Assembly (NCBI RefSeq): GCF_009914755.1
Contig: NC_060943.1
Origin: the human T2T-CHM13v2.0 reference genome, Homo sapiens
Length of the DNA stretch: 64,000 bases
Reading direction: 5' to 3' (one strand)
Part shown: positions 14,704 to 28,990 of the stretch, one piece after another
How positions within the stretch are numbered: position 1 is the first letter of the stretch
Layout of the letters: each line of letters opens with the position of its first letter
Position numbers and translations under genes: made by a program
The notes under the pieces: model-generated
What the model was told of the DNA's origin: nothing
What the model saw: only the letters and a program-made list of their open reading frames with translations
Database searches by the model: none

Positions 14704-15835
14704 GCTGGTTATAAAATCACCTCATTTCACCTCCCAACTACATCCTCTCCGTGAACCCCACCTAGCTTTGGACACAACCAGCAAAGGAGGAGGAGGGGGA
14801 CCCCAGGGAAGCTGAACAGAGAGGGTACCTCCCGACTAAATCTGTGGTACCTCAGGAGGGGTGCCCCAGGGCTGTGGATTTAGGAGCGGGCAACAGATAA
14901 GCTGTAGAACAAAGGAGTTGGGAATATTTGCATAGGGGAGCACTTGGGCTTTGGATTTGGGATCTGGGAGTGAGAATGCACCCCAAAACTGTGGATTTGG
15001 GGGTTCCGAGGAGAAGAATGCAAAGGTCTGGGTTTTATTAGGGTGAGATGGAAGTGTGGCTGTGCATTTAGGGGTCTTCTGTTGTGGAGGATGCAGGGTT
15101 AAGGGTCTCAGGAGGGGGGATTCCAGGCATATGGACTTGAGAGTCTTGGGGCTAGGAAGACCCAGGGCTGTGGGTGTGGAGTTTCTGGGAGGAGGAGTGT
15201 GTAGCAAGCCCAGTAGGTCGTCCCAGAAAGCCCAGCAGCCCAGCACTGGGCCCAGGGGCTGACTTGATTTTGCTTTTGCCCAGAGCTTTCTCTTGATGCC
15301 CGGAATCCTCACTGGAACCTCAGAGTGAGGCCAGGATGGGTGCCATGGAAACTCCACTGACCATCTCTGGTTGGCAAAGGGGTGGAAGACCAGAGCCATA
15401 TTTCAAGGGAAATTTCCACACACCTGGAGAAGAGTACCTTGTGTTATCAGTTGGCAGAGGGATTGGCCAGGTCTGGAGAAATAGTAACAACAACCCCCAA
15501 ATGGTGGAAAAAGCTCAAGTGTCCCAAGGGTTGTAATTTACAAAGACCTCCACTGGTTTCCAACCCAGATCCTTAGGGAAACCCACTAGATTGATTGTAT
15601 CATCCCTATTAATATTATGATTGTTGTTTATGTTTCTCATTTTATATAAGGGTCTACAGAGGACAGAAAACAGACAGTAGGCAGGGGACATGCATGAGTG
15701 GCCCTGAACTCCCATCTCTCCTGCTCTGAGTACTTAGTTCCCCTTTCTGGATTTGGTTTTCCCACCAGTAGAAAGGGAGTATTTAGGAAAAGATCATATT
15801 TGAGGGTGAGTTAAGTCTCCTTTAAGGGCGATTCC

Positions 15836-15845
15836 TGCTTTGTCA
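15836..15845 (-). promoter_or_regulatory. NRF2 antioxidant response element TGACAAAGCA
   Basis: Matches TGACnnnGCA at about -1210 to -1219, comparable to the CYP2A6 ARE recalled near -1.2 kb. Confidence 0.6.
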
Positions 15846-18800
15846 GGGGCTACTACTATTAGCAGGCAGAGGGAACAATTGCAGAAGAGATTGGGGTAAA
15901 CTCCAGTGTTAGGCACAGAGGTAGATCCTGGGGTGGGTGGGAGTGGAGAAGGGATGAGTAGCCCTCCTGTCCTTTCCTCAGGGAAATTCTTCCTTAGTAA
16001 ACGGGGCAGTTACCCTTTGGTGAGCATGGTCGTATATGGGAAGATTAAGTCTAGGTGTGTATGATCTGGTCGAATCTTTGTAACAGTGAGGTTGGTTCAT
16101 CATGATCATCCTCATTTTGAAGATGAGCAGATCTAGACTCCATAAATCCTCTTGAGTGAGGTCACACAGGGAATAAGTGAGGGAGCTGGGATGTGAACTT
16201 TCTTCTCATCCCCCGTCATTGACTGGCCTAGATCACCCTGGGAGTCAAGTGCAGGCCAGGCTTAGCAGGAGGTGAGTGCTGAGACTGGAATCAGCAGTGG
16301 ACACACTGATGACATTGGCGGGTTCTGATATCAGCATCAGGTGTGTCCAGGGAGGGAAAGGCATCGTGTTGGCTTTGGGACTGCCCCCAGGTGTATGCGA
16401 GGATGGGAAACAAGTTGGCACTGAACTTGATACCAGGAGAATATTGAAGTCATGTTTGGTGCCAAGAGGGCTCTGTGTGTTGTTTCAGGTGTCATTGAGG
16501 GCATAAGAGAGTCCTGCTTCAGGAGGGCATAAGAATGGCACCATATAGGGTCTGAGGTTGGTCCCAGTGGGCTGTGACATGAGCATGAGGCAGGTGCTGA
16601 TATTGGTCCTATGTGGGTCTGAGATGAGCCTCAGCCAGATCCTGAGAGGGGCCCCAGATGGCCACAGGACAGGCTCTGATGGTTGGTCCTTCCAGGGTTG
16701 CACCTCTCCTCTAGGTCACCAAATTTGGACAAGTGGATGTGGGTGAGGTTGACACTCCCAGGACTGGCTCTAACTGGCTCAAATTGGCTGTTGAGCTCTG
16801 AGACCTGTGTGGAGGAATCAAAGAGCAGAGAACAAAGCAGAGAGAGGAAAGCTGTTTATTGATTTTGTGGGGGAAGAGGTGGGAAGGAGGATTAGCACCA
16901 GCTGGGCAGACATCAATCCATCTAATCCTGGTCACCAGCCTGCACTTGGGCTCGCCACAAGCCTGGGTCCTTCCTCTTCTCCCTTGTTTCTTAAAAAGGA
17001 GAGAGGTAGAAATTTGGAGAGTTTGTTTCTCAGTGAGTTTGGCACTAGGAAGGGCACTGAGTGTTCAGACAGGCTGCCATGACCTGGCCAGGGTGGGGGT
17101 GGGGAGAGTCAGGTTAGGAGAACTCTAGTATTTGGGGACATAGAGGTCAAGCAATTTTGGCCTTGTTGATTACTCTGAAGTGTGGAGTAAGAGAACGGTG
17201 TCTGAAATTAAGTGGGAGGGACTTGTCCCAGTGGCTGTGCGGGTACAGGCTTTCAGAGTGAGTTAGTGGTGAACCCAGGAAAATCCCTTTCCATTGCTGG
17301 GCCTCTGTTTGCCTTTCTGGATGGATGGTACAGTGGTTAAGAGCAAGGTTAAGGCATGGATTGGAATCCAAACCTTATCCCGTCTTTGTTGTGTGACCTT
17401 GAACAGCTGACTTCATCTCTCTGAACCTTATGGAGCCAAAAACAGCTCCTAGCTCTTCAGCTATTTAGGTGAGAAGTATATGGGTCAAAGCAGGGGAGGT
17501 ATATGTAAGTGCTCAATGAATATTAGCTGTTTTTATTCATCTGTAGGTTGAAGAGAATGGACGAGATGTTCTCTAAGCCCCCTCCTGGCTTTTACAATTC
17601 TCTGCTCTAACGTTATCAAAGCTTTTCCTTTGAGAAGGGGAAAGGGAGACAGAGTTTTTTGGGAACCTCTCTCCACATCCCTTCCTTAGCATAGCCAAGC
17701 CTTACCCATGAAGCTGTGAATAGGAAATTGAACTTAGGCTGCCTCCTAGAGCATGGCGCTGAGTTAAGCAGTATCCGCAGGAAGAAAGGCCAGTGTTAGG
17801 CCCTCAGATTACTCTGGATGGGCCTGGAGCCCTGCACAGGACTTTGCTCACCTGTCTCTCTCCCGTTTTCTCTGATCTTGTCTTTCTGTCTTCCTCTTTC
17901 TCGTTCCCTGCAAGTCAACCTTACCCTTAACTGCCCTGTGTGCTCCTGCAACTTTGCAAGTTTGCATGATTTTGTCCAGTGGTTTCTCCTAGATGCCTCT
18001 GCCATGTTTATCCTTATTTATACGTCTGTCTGTGTGTGTGTCACTCTGGGTGCATGTTTGAGGTTCCTGTGTGCATGTATGTTTCAGCATGTCCCTGTTG
18101 ACAGATGAATTTATGCATGCACCAGGCTTTGTGGAGTGTGTGTTTGTGCTTGATAAGTGGGCATCCATTCCAACTTATGTCTACACATGCACATCTTTGT
18201 GAGTACCTGATGAGGTGCATGTGTGTTCCTGCCACCTTTCCTGAATGTTTGCCAGTCTCTGTCTGTCTGTGCATGTAGCCTGAGTGCATGCTTTGTGTTA
18301 TGCCACTTGGGGGGTACCTATGACATGCATTTCTTTGTCCAACCTGATGTATGGCTGCATGTTCACATTTGTGTGGATTCATGCACAACTGGGTGACTAC
18401 ATATAAGTGTTTGGATGTTTTATGCATACATTTTGGTGTCTGTATGTAGGCATGTGGGCCCTGTTGTGTACACATGAACATGTGGTATTTGCCTGTACCT
18501 CTCTGTGTTTGGATTCAAAAATATCCCTAGCCCAGACCCATTTCTCTTCTAAAAAAAAAAACCATGTGAAGCTTTTTATGAGCATGATCTTAATTACACG
18601 CTGCACTGTAAGCCTGTGAGGTTGGTTTTATCATCTTCATTTTGCAAATGAGTTGGATAAGGCTCCCAAAATTGGAAGTCCCTTGCTTTGGGTTCTACAA
18701 TGAATGAGGGTAGAGCTGGAGTACGGCCTTGTGTGACTGTCAAGTCCATGCTGTCAACCACCACCCTGGACTGCCAAGCCCCACCTGTTTTCTTTATGAA

Positions 18801-19970
18801 ACATCAGAAAATTGCCCCTAATCTCCTGTGGTTCTTGAAAAACTTCCCCGTAAGCACATAACAAAAAATTCCAAAATGTCAGGGGGAAAAAAAGTCTTTT
18901 AATAGGAGGGAGACTTCAACTTCTAGTTTTTGCATTCTTTGGAAGATTAACCAAAGATACGGTCAGCTGGTATACCCCTCAGGCCATTGGTAGTGAGACA
19001 GTGCAGGAGTTGGGAAACTAGATGTTGTGGGCGGAGAGTGAAATGTCTGTGTTTCATTTTTCAGAGTGATGACAAGGATAAAGGTGGGCCTGTGGAAGTA
19101 TTGGCTAAAATAGAGTGAAGAAGGTCAAAGAAGAGAGGAAAGTCAAGATTCTTTCTTCCTGAGTGTTTGGATAGCTCACATTCCTGGCCATAAAGGGCTT
19201 CCCTACCAGTAGAATGTCAGGGCTTAGAGTAGAGAGGTAGGAAAGAAGTTGGGTAGATGACAGGGATGAACAACTTTTTAAATCACAGGGCGAAGGTGTC
19301 AGTATCCAAGTGTCTGGAGAGTTTCTTCTGGTAATGTTTGAGTAGCTTCTATTGGATCAAGCATCCTGTGAATAACAGCTATTAACTCTGAAGAAAACAT
19401 TTTTAAGAACCCAGTTCTCTGAAATTACTGGAGAGTGAACGAAAGCAGCAGATACTGAAGGGGGTTGGATGAAGCAGGTTTCCTATTTTGGGTGTTTTTT
19501 TTAATGCTTTCGGCCTAAAGGCAGACCCTGGAAAGTGCCTTGTGGGGTGGCTTAATCCCAGATAGAGATGTTTTAATTTTTTTGACTTCAAGAACCAGAG
19601 GACAGAATTCAAGGTGATTATAGCATCTACTGATAGTGGTGGTAGAATTGCAAAAAGGAAAGAGCCAGAGAGGGGGAGCCCCAAATTCTGTAAATAAACT
19701 CTGTCCAAATTTCTGACCAATTGTTGAACTACTTATATGTTGGAGAACTCCAGGTACCCTGCTAAGGCTAAAGGAACTTAATTGAGATTTCAGAGCTGAG
19801 GGTTTGAGATTAGCCAGGTTAACTGCTTTCCAAATTAAACAAACAACCAAAATCAGTATTTTTCAACAGAACATAATGGAATCCATGGTCTCTCCAACTT
19901 ATCACTTGTAATATCCAGGATGAAATCTCAAATTACTAGGTATATGAAGATACAAGAAATGGGGGAGAGT

Positions 19971-20417
19971 CTAGCCAAGATGGCCAATTAGGAAAAGCTC
20001 CAGTCTACAGCTCCCAGTGTGAGCGACGCAGAAGACGAATGATTTCTGCATTTCCAACTGAGGTACCAGGTTCATCTCATGGGGCATTGTCAGACAGTGG
20101 GTGCAGGACAGTGGGTGCAGTGCACAGAGCATGAGCCAAAGCAGGGCAAGGCATCGCCTCACCCAGGAAGTGCAAGGGGTCAGGGAATTCCCTTTCCTAG
20201 CCAAAGAAAGGGGTGACAGATGGCACCTGGAAAATCGGGTCACTTCCACCCTAACACTGCACTTTTCTAACGGTCTTAGCAAATGGCACACCAGGGGATC
20301 AGATCCCGTGACTGGCTCAGAGGGTCCTATGCCCACAGAGCCTTGCTGATTGCTAGCACAGCAGTCTAAGACCAAACTGCAAGACAGCAGTGAGGCTGGG
20401 GGAGGGGCGCCTGCCAT
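19971..20417 (-). CDS. L1 ORF0-like antisense ORF (148 aa); translation unproven
   Basis: ATG at 20417-20415; MAGAPPPASLLSCSLVLDCCASNQQGSVGIGPSEP... resembles primate L1 ORF0 and is open to the stop at 19971. Confidence 0.4.
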   Translation of the reverse strand: MAGAPPPASLLSCSLVLDCCASNQQGSVGIGPSEPVTGSDPLVCHLLRPLEKCSVRVEVTRFSRCHLSPLSLARKGNSLTPCTSWVRRCLALLWLMLCALHPLSCTHCLTMPHEMNLVPQLEMQKSFVFCVAHTGSCRLELFLIGHLG

Positions 20418-22947
20418 TGCTGAGGCTTGAGTAGGTAAACAAAGTGGCCAGGAAGCTCGAACTGGGTGGAGCCCACCGCAGCTCAAGGAGGCCTGCCTGC
20501 CTCTGTAGACTCCACCCTCTAGGGGCAGGGCATAGCCAAACAAAAGGCAGCAGAAACCTCTGCAGACTTAAATGTCCCTGTCTGACAGCTTTGGAGAGAG
20601 TAGTGGTTCTCCCAGAACGCAGCTGGAGATCTGAGAACAGACAGACTGCCTCCTCAAGTGGGTCCCTGACCCCTGAGTAGCCTAACTGGAAGGCATCCCC
20701 CAGTAAGGGGCAGATTGACAACTCACACGGCCGGGTACTCCTCTGAGATAAAACTTCCAGAAGAATGATCAGGCAGCAACATTTGCTGTTCACCAATATT
20801 CACTGTTCTGCAGCCTCCGCTGCTGATACCCAGGCAAACAGGGTGTGGAGTGGACCTCCAGCAAACTCCAACAGACCTGCAACTGAGGGTCCTGACTGTT
20901 AGAAGGAAAACTAACAAACAGAAAGGACATCCACACCAAAACCCCATCTGTACATCACCATCATCAAAGACCAAAGGTAGATAAAACCGCAAAGATGGGG
21001 AAAAAACAGAGCAGAAAAACTTAAAATTCTAAAAATAAGAACGCCTCTCCTCCTCCAAAGGAATGCAGCTCCTCACCAGCAATGGAACAAAGCTGGATGG
21101 AGAATGACTTTGATGAGTTGAGAGAAGAAGGCTTCAGACAATCAAACTTCTCCGAGCTAAAAGAGGAAGTTTGAACCCAAGGCAAAGAAGTTAAAAACCT
21201 TGAAAAAAGATTAGACAAATAGCTAACTAGAGTAACCAATGCAGAGAAGTCCTTAAAGGACCTGATGGAGATGAAAACCACATCAAGAGATCTATGTGAC
21301 AAATGCACAAGTCTCAGTAGTCGATTTGATCAACTGGAAGAAAAGGTAGCAGTGATGGAAGATCAAATGAATGAAATAAAGGGAGAAGAGAAGATTAGAG
21401 AAAAAGAATAAAAAGAAATGAACAAAGCCTCCAAGAAATAAGGGACTATGTGAAAAGACCAAATCTATGTCTGATTGGTGTACTTGAAACTGACAGGGAG
21501 AATGGAACCAAGTTGGAAAACACTCTGCAGGATATTATCCAGGAGAACTTCCCCAATCTAGCAAGGCAGGCCAACATTCAAATTCAGGAAATACAGAGAA
21601 TGCCACAAAGATACTCCTTGAGAAGAGCAACTCCAAGACACATAATTGTCAGATTCACCAAAGTTGAAATGAAGGAAAAAATGTTAAGGGCAGCAAGAGA
21701 GAAAGGTTGGGTTACCCACAAAGGGAAGCCCATCAGAGTAACAGCTGATCTCTCAGCAGAAACTCTACAAGCCAGAAGAGAGTGGGGCCAATATTCAACA
21801 TTGTTAAAGAAAAGAATTTTCAACCCAGAATTTCATATCCAGCCAAACTAAGCATCAGGAGTGAAGGAGAAATAAAATACTTCACAGACAAGCAAATGCT
21901 GAGAGATTTTGTCACCACCAGGCCTGCCTTACAAGAGCTCCTGAAGGAAGCACTAAACATGGAAAGGAACAACCAGTACGAGCCACCGCAAAACCATGCC
22001 AAATTGTAAAGACCATCGATGCTAGGAAGAAACTGCATCAAGTAACAGGCAAAATAACCAGCTAACATCATAATGACAGGATCAAATTCACACATAACAA
22101 TATTAACATGAAATGTAAATGGGCTAAATGCTCCAATTAAAAGACACAGACTGGCAAATTGGAGAGTCAAGAGCCATCAGTGTGCTATATTCAGGGACCC
22201 ATCTCATGTGGAGACAAACATAGGCTCAAAATAAAGGGATGGAGGAAGATCTACCAAGCAAATGGAGGTTGCAAGCAAATGCAGGGGTTGCAATCTTAGT
22301 CTCTGAGAAAACAGACTTTAAACCAACAAAGATCATAAGAGACAAAGAAGGCCATTACATAATGGTAAAGGGATCAATTCAACAAGAAGAGCTAACGATC
22401 CTAAATATATATGCAACCAATATAGGAGCATCCAGATTCATAAAGCAAGTCCTTAGAGACCTACAAAGAGACTTAGATTCCCACACAATAATAATGGGAG
22501 ACTTTAACACCCCACTGTCAATATTAGACAGAACAATGAGACAGAAGGTCAAGAAGGATATCCAGGACCTGAACTCTGCTCTGCACCAAGCAGACCTAAT
22601 AGACATCTACAGAATTCTCCACCCCAAATCAACAGAATATACATTCTTCTCAGCACCACATCACACTTATTCTAAAATTGACCACATAATTGGAAGTAAA
22701 GCACTCCTCAGCAAATGTAAAAGAACAGAAATCACAACAAACTGTCTCTCAGTCAACAGTGCAATCAAATTAGAACTCAGGAGTAAGAAACTCACTCAAA
22801 ACCACACAACTACATGGAAACTGAACAACCTGCTCCTGAATGACTACTGGGCAAATAACGAAATGAAGGCAGAAATAAAGATGTTCTTTGAAACCAACGA
22901 GAAGAAAGACACAATATACCAGAATCTCTGGGACACATTTACAGCAG

Positions 22948-23976
22948 TGAAGGGGTGGCCTGCCCCTCCACACCTGTGGGTATTTCTAGTCGGGTTGGGA
23001 CGAGAGACTAAGAAAAGAAATAAGACACAGAGACAAAGTATAGAGAAACAACAGTGGGCCCAGGGGACTGGTGCTCAGCATACCAAGGACCTGCACCGGC
23101 ACTGGTCTCTGAGTTCCCTCAGTTTTTATTGATTATTATCTTCATTATTTCAGCAAAAAGGAATGTAGTAGGAGGGCAGGGTGATAATAAGGAGAAGGTC
23201 AGCGACAAACACGTGAGCAATAGAATCTATGTCATAATTAAGTTCAAGGGAAGGTACTATGACTGGACATGCGTGTAAGACAGATTTATGTTTCTCTCCA
23301 CCCAAACATTTCAGTGGAGTAAAGAATGACAAGGCAGCATTGCTGCAAACATGTCTCGCCTCCCACCATAGGGCGGTTTTTCTCTCATCTCAGAATTGAA
23401 CAAATGTACAATCGGGTTTTATACCAAGACATTCAGTTCCCAGGGGCAGGCAGGAGACAGTGGCCTTCCTCTATCTCAGCTGCAAGAGGCTTTCCTCTTA
23501 CTAATCCACCTCAGCACAGACCCTTTACGGGTGTCAGGCTGGGAGACGGTCAGGTCTTTCTCATCCCATGAGGCCATATTTCAGACTATCACATGGAGAG
23601 AAACCTTGGACAATACCCAGCTTTCAAGGGCAGAGGTCCCTGTGGCTTTCTGCAGTGCATTGTGCCCCTGGTTTATTGAGACTAGAGAATGGTGATGACT
23701 TTTACCAAGTATACTGCTTGTAAACATTTTGTTAACAAGGCACGTCCTGCACAGCCCTAGATCCCTTAAACCTTGATTTCATACAACACATGTTTTTGTG
23801 AGCTCCAGGTTGAGTCAAAGTGGCTGGGGCAAAGTGGCTGGGGCAAAGCTACAAATTACTAACATCTCAGCAAAGCAATTGTTTAAAGTACAGGTCTTTT
23901 TCAAAATGGAGTCTCTTATGTCTTTCTTTTCTACATAGACACAGTAACAGTCTGATCTCTCTTTCTTTTCCCTACA
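22948..23976 (-). mobile_element. HERV-K(HML-2) solo LTR5, probably LTR5A, inserted in L1 ORF2
   Basis: Minus strand TGTAGGGAAAAGAAAGAGAGATCAGACTG ... GGCCACCCCTTCA, 1029 bp; perfect 6-bp TSD CAGCAG at 22942-22947 and 23977-23982. Confidence 0.93.
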
Positions 23977-24667
23977 CAGCAGTGTGTAGAGGGAAATTCA
24001 TAGCACTCAATGCCCACAAGAGAAAGCAGGAAAGATCTAAAATCAATATCCTAACATCACAATTAAAAGAACTAGATAAGCAAGAGCAAACAGATTCAAA
24101 AGCTAGCAGAAGGCAAGAAGTAACTAAGATCAGAGCAGAACTGAAGGAAATAGAGACCAAAAAAAAAAAACATCAAAAAATCAATGAATCCAGGAGGTGG
24201 TTTTTTGAAAAGATCAACAAAATAGATAGACTGCTAGCAAAACTAATAAGAATAAAAACTGGAAGAAGAAAAGCTGAAGAATCAAATAGATGCAATAAAA
24301 AATGGTAAAGGGGATATCACTACCAATCCCACAGAAATACAATCTACCATCAGAGAATACACCTCTATGCAAATAAACTAGAAAATCTAGAAAAAATGGA
24401 TAAATTCTTGGACTCATACACCCTCCAAAGACTAAACCAGGAAGAAGTTGAATCTCTGAATAGACAAATAACAGGCTCTGAAATTGAGGCAATAATTAAT
24501 AGCCTACCAACCAAAAAAAGTCCAGGACCAGATGGATTCACAGCCGAATTCTACCAGAGGTATGAAAAGGAGCTAGTATCATTTCTTCTGAAATTATTCC
24601 AATCAATAAAAAAAGAAAGAATCCTCCCCAACTCATTTTATGAGGCCAGCATCATCCTGATACCTAA

Positions 24668-24757
<90 letters not shown>

Positions 24758-24760
24758 TGA

Positions 24761-25459
<699 letters not shown>

Positions 25460-26063
25460 TAAACTAGTTCAACCATTGTGGAAGACAGTGTGGCAATTCC
25501 TCAAGGATCTAGAGCTAGAAATACCACTTGACTCAGCAATCCCATTACTGGGTATATACCCAAAGGATTATATATCATGCTACTATAAAGACACAAGCAC
25601 ACTTATGTTTATTGCAGCACTATTGACAATAGCAAAGACTTAGAACCAACCCAAATGTCCATCAATGATAGACTAGATTAAGAAAATGTGGCATGTATAC
25701 ACCATGGAATACTATGCAGCCATAATAAAAAAGGATGAGTTCCTGTTCTTTGCAGGGACACAGATAAAGCCAGAAACCATCATTCTCAGCAAACTATCCC
25801 AAAGACAGAAAACCAAACACCTCATATTCTCCCTCATAGGTGGGAATTGAACAATGAGAACACTTGGACACAGGGCAGGGAACATCACACACCAGGGCCT
25901 GTCAGGGGATGGGGGCCTAGGGGAGGGATAGCGTCAGGAGAAATACCTTATGTAAAGGATGAGTCGATGGGTGCAGCAAACCAACATGGCACATGTATAC
26001 ATATGTAACAAACCTGCACATTGTGCACATGTACCCTAGAACTTAAAGTATAATTTAAAAAAA

Positions 26064-26219
26064 ATTAGCCAGGCATGGTGGCTCATGCCTGTAGTCCCAG
26101 CTACTTGGGAGGCTGAGGCAGGGGAAATCACTCGGACCTGGGAGGAGGAGGAGGAGGTTGTAGTGAGCTGAGATCATGCCACCGCACTCCAGCCTGGGTG
26201 ACAGAGTGAGACTCTGTCT

Positions 26220-26264
<45 letters not shown>

Positions 26265-26298
26265 AAGAAAGAAAGAAAGAAAGAAAAAAGAAAAGAAA
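26064..26298 (+). mobile_element. Alu right monomer fused to the L1 tail, with a ~42-nt pure A tract and (GAAA)n
   Basis: aaaaaaaattagccaggcatggtgg follows the L1 3' end directly; there is no left monomer. Confidence 0.85.
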
Positions 26299-26399
26299 AT
26301 ATTTAAGATGGCAAATTTCATGGTATGTGTTTGTTACCACAATCAAAGAAAAGGTTAAAAAGAAGTAAAGGAATAAAAGGAATGATGGCAATATTATAG

Positions 26400-28990
26400 C
26401 AAATAGGGAATATATTTAAAAAGATAGAAATAATTAAAAACAACTAAATGGGAATGTGGAGTTGAAAAGTACAGCTGAAATGAGAAATTTTCCAGAGGGA
26501 ATTTATCTAGAGAGAATTCTCAATAGTAGGTTTAAACTGGCAAAAGAAAGAATCTGTGAACTTGAAAATAGATTAAGATTATGCAACTTGAAGCATAGAG
26601 AAAAATTAAGAATGAAGAAAAATATACAGGGCCTCAGAGAAATGTGGGACACTGTTAAGTGCACCAATCTACACATAATGGGCATACCAGAAGAAGAGAG
26701 AGAAAAAGGGGCCAGAAAAAATATTCAGAGAAATAATGGCAATAGCCTACACATTCATTAAGCACAATAATTCCAAGTGGGATAAATGCAGACATCCACA
26801 AATGGACACCTCATAATAAAAAATATTGGAATTCAAAAAGAAGCAGGAGATCTTGAAAGCAGAAAAGAAATATGACTCATCAGTTTCAAGTGGACCCCAT
26901 TAATATAACAGCCTATTTCTCAGCAGAAACAATGGAAGCCAGAAGGCAGTGGGATGACATATTCAAGGTACTCAAAGAAAAAAAAGTGTTAACCAAGAAT
27001 TTTTAACCAGAAAAGCTATCTTTCCAATAAGAAGATGAAATACTTTCCAAGATAAAAAGTGAGAGAATTCATTGCTAACAGACCCGCCTTACTAGAAAAA
27101 CTAAAGGAAATTCCTCAGGCTGAAAGCAAGTGACTCCAGATTGTAATTTGAATCCATGTGAAAAAACAAACAGCACCAGAAAGGCAATTATGTAACGGTA
27201 GAAGACACTATAAATGTATATTTATTTTGCTTCCAACTGATTTTAAAACAACTGTATAAAATATGTGTATCTAATACATTGTTGGGCCTATAACATACGA
27301 CAAAACATGACACAGACAGTCCTCAACTTACAATTGTTCGACTTACAATTTTTCAACTTTATGTTGGTGTGAAAGTGATATATACTCAGTGGAAATTATA
27401 CACTGAATTTTAAATTTTGATATTTTTGTGTGCTAGCAATGTATGCTATGATACTCTCTTGTGATGCTGGGAGGTGGCAATGAGCGGCTCCCACTTAGTC
27501 ATGCAATCACAAAGGTGAACAATTGATACTATATAATATACTATATTTAATACATTACTTGAGCTATTCAACACCTTATTGTAAAATAGGCTTTGTGTTA
27601 GATGATTTTGCCCAACTGTAGGCTAATGTAAGTGTTCTGAGCATGGCTAAGGTAGGCTAGACTAAACTATGATGTTTGGTAGGTTAGGCATATTAAATGC
27701 ATTTTTCACTTGATATTTTTAAATTACAGTGGGTTTATCAGGATGTAACTCCATCATAAGTCAAGGAACATCTGTATATGTGTAATATATTTGCCAATAG
27801 CCACACAAAGGAGGTAGGTGACAGCAAAGCTGTATTAAGCTAAGGAAATGACTACAGATAATGAGCTAATAACTATAGCAATATATTGTTCTGTTTGTGA
27901 TATTAATAGTTGTAATATGTATACAATAATGCTACTAAAGGGGGGAAAATAAATAGAGCTGTGTAGCAGTAATATTTTTCTATATCATTGGAGTTGAGCT
28001 AGTATAAATCTGGATCTGATTCTGATAAGTTAAGATGATCTAGGTAAAACCTAGATCAAACATACTTTATATTATGTTCAGAAGAAACTCAAAATATAGT
28101 ACAAGAATCATTTAAAAAATTAAAACTCTACACTAGGAAATATTCATTTAATTCAAAAGAAAGCAGTAAAGGAGGACTAGAGGAAGAAAAAAAGACAAGG
28201 CACATATAGAAAGCAAAAGTAAAGTGGCAGATGTAAATGTAACCATAGAAATAACGTTAACTATGAATGAATTCAACAATCAAATCTAACGGCACAGTTT
28301 TTCTGACTAGGTTTGAAAAATGTGATTCAGCTATATGCTGTCCACCATAAACATACTTTAGATTCAAGGGTACAAATAGAATAAAAGTTTAAAAATGGAA
28401 AAGATATATATAGTGCAAATAGTAACCACAAGAGAGCTGGAATACCTATACTCATACCAAACAAAATAGAAATTAAAACAAAAATATCAATAGAGAAAAA
28501 AGACATTTTATTATGATAAAAGGGTCAATGTTTAAAAAAATTGAACAAACTAGGAATAGAAGAGTATTTCCTCAACCTGATAAAGGTCTTCTTTGAAAAA
28601 CCCATAGATGAAACCCATAGGTGAAAGGGCCAATTCTTCCCCACTAAGATCAGGAACAAGACAAGAATGTCCACTCTCATTACTTCTACTTAACATTTGT
28701 ACTGGTGGTTCTAGCCAGGACAATAAGACAAGAAACAGGAATTAAAATCATGCAGATTGGGAAGGAAAAAGTAAAACTCTCTCTAGTCAAAGATGACATG
28801 ATTTTGAATATAGAAAATTCTAAGGAACCCACAAAAAACCTGTCATAACTAATAAAAACAAGTTCAGCAAGGTTGCAAGATATGAGATCAATATACAAAA
28901 TCAATGGAATCTTTTACACTGAAAAATGAAATTAAGAAAGCATCCATTCATAATCACATGATAAAGGAATAAATTTAACTAAAGGAAGTA
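26400..28990 (+). mobile_element. Ancient L1M ORF1/ORF2 remnants
   Basis: Degenerate ORF1 (LREMWDTVKCTNLHIMGIPEEE) and ORF2 RT-like segments. Confidence 0.8.
27313..27774. mobile_element. Tigger-derived DNA element (MER47/Tigger5-like)
   Basis: TIR-like ends cagacagtcctcaacttacaat ... catcataagtcaaggaacatctg, followed by TA. Confidence 0.7.

Noticed and set aside
16270-16950. Unique-looking segment with short ORFs and a minus-strand AATAAA (16855-16860)
   Set aside because: No recognisable protein homology; possibly an old LTR/internal ERV fragment, but it cannot be supported without a Dfam search
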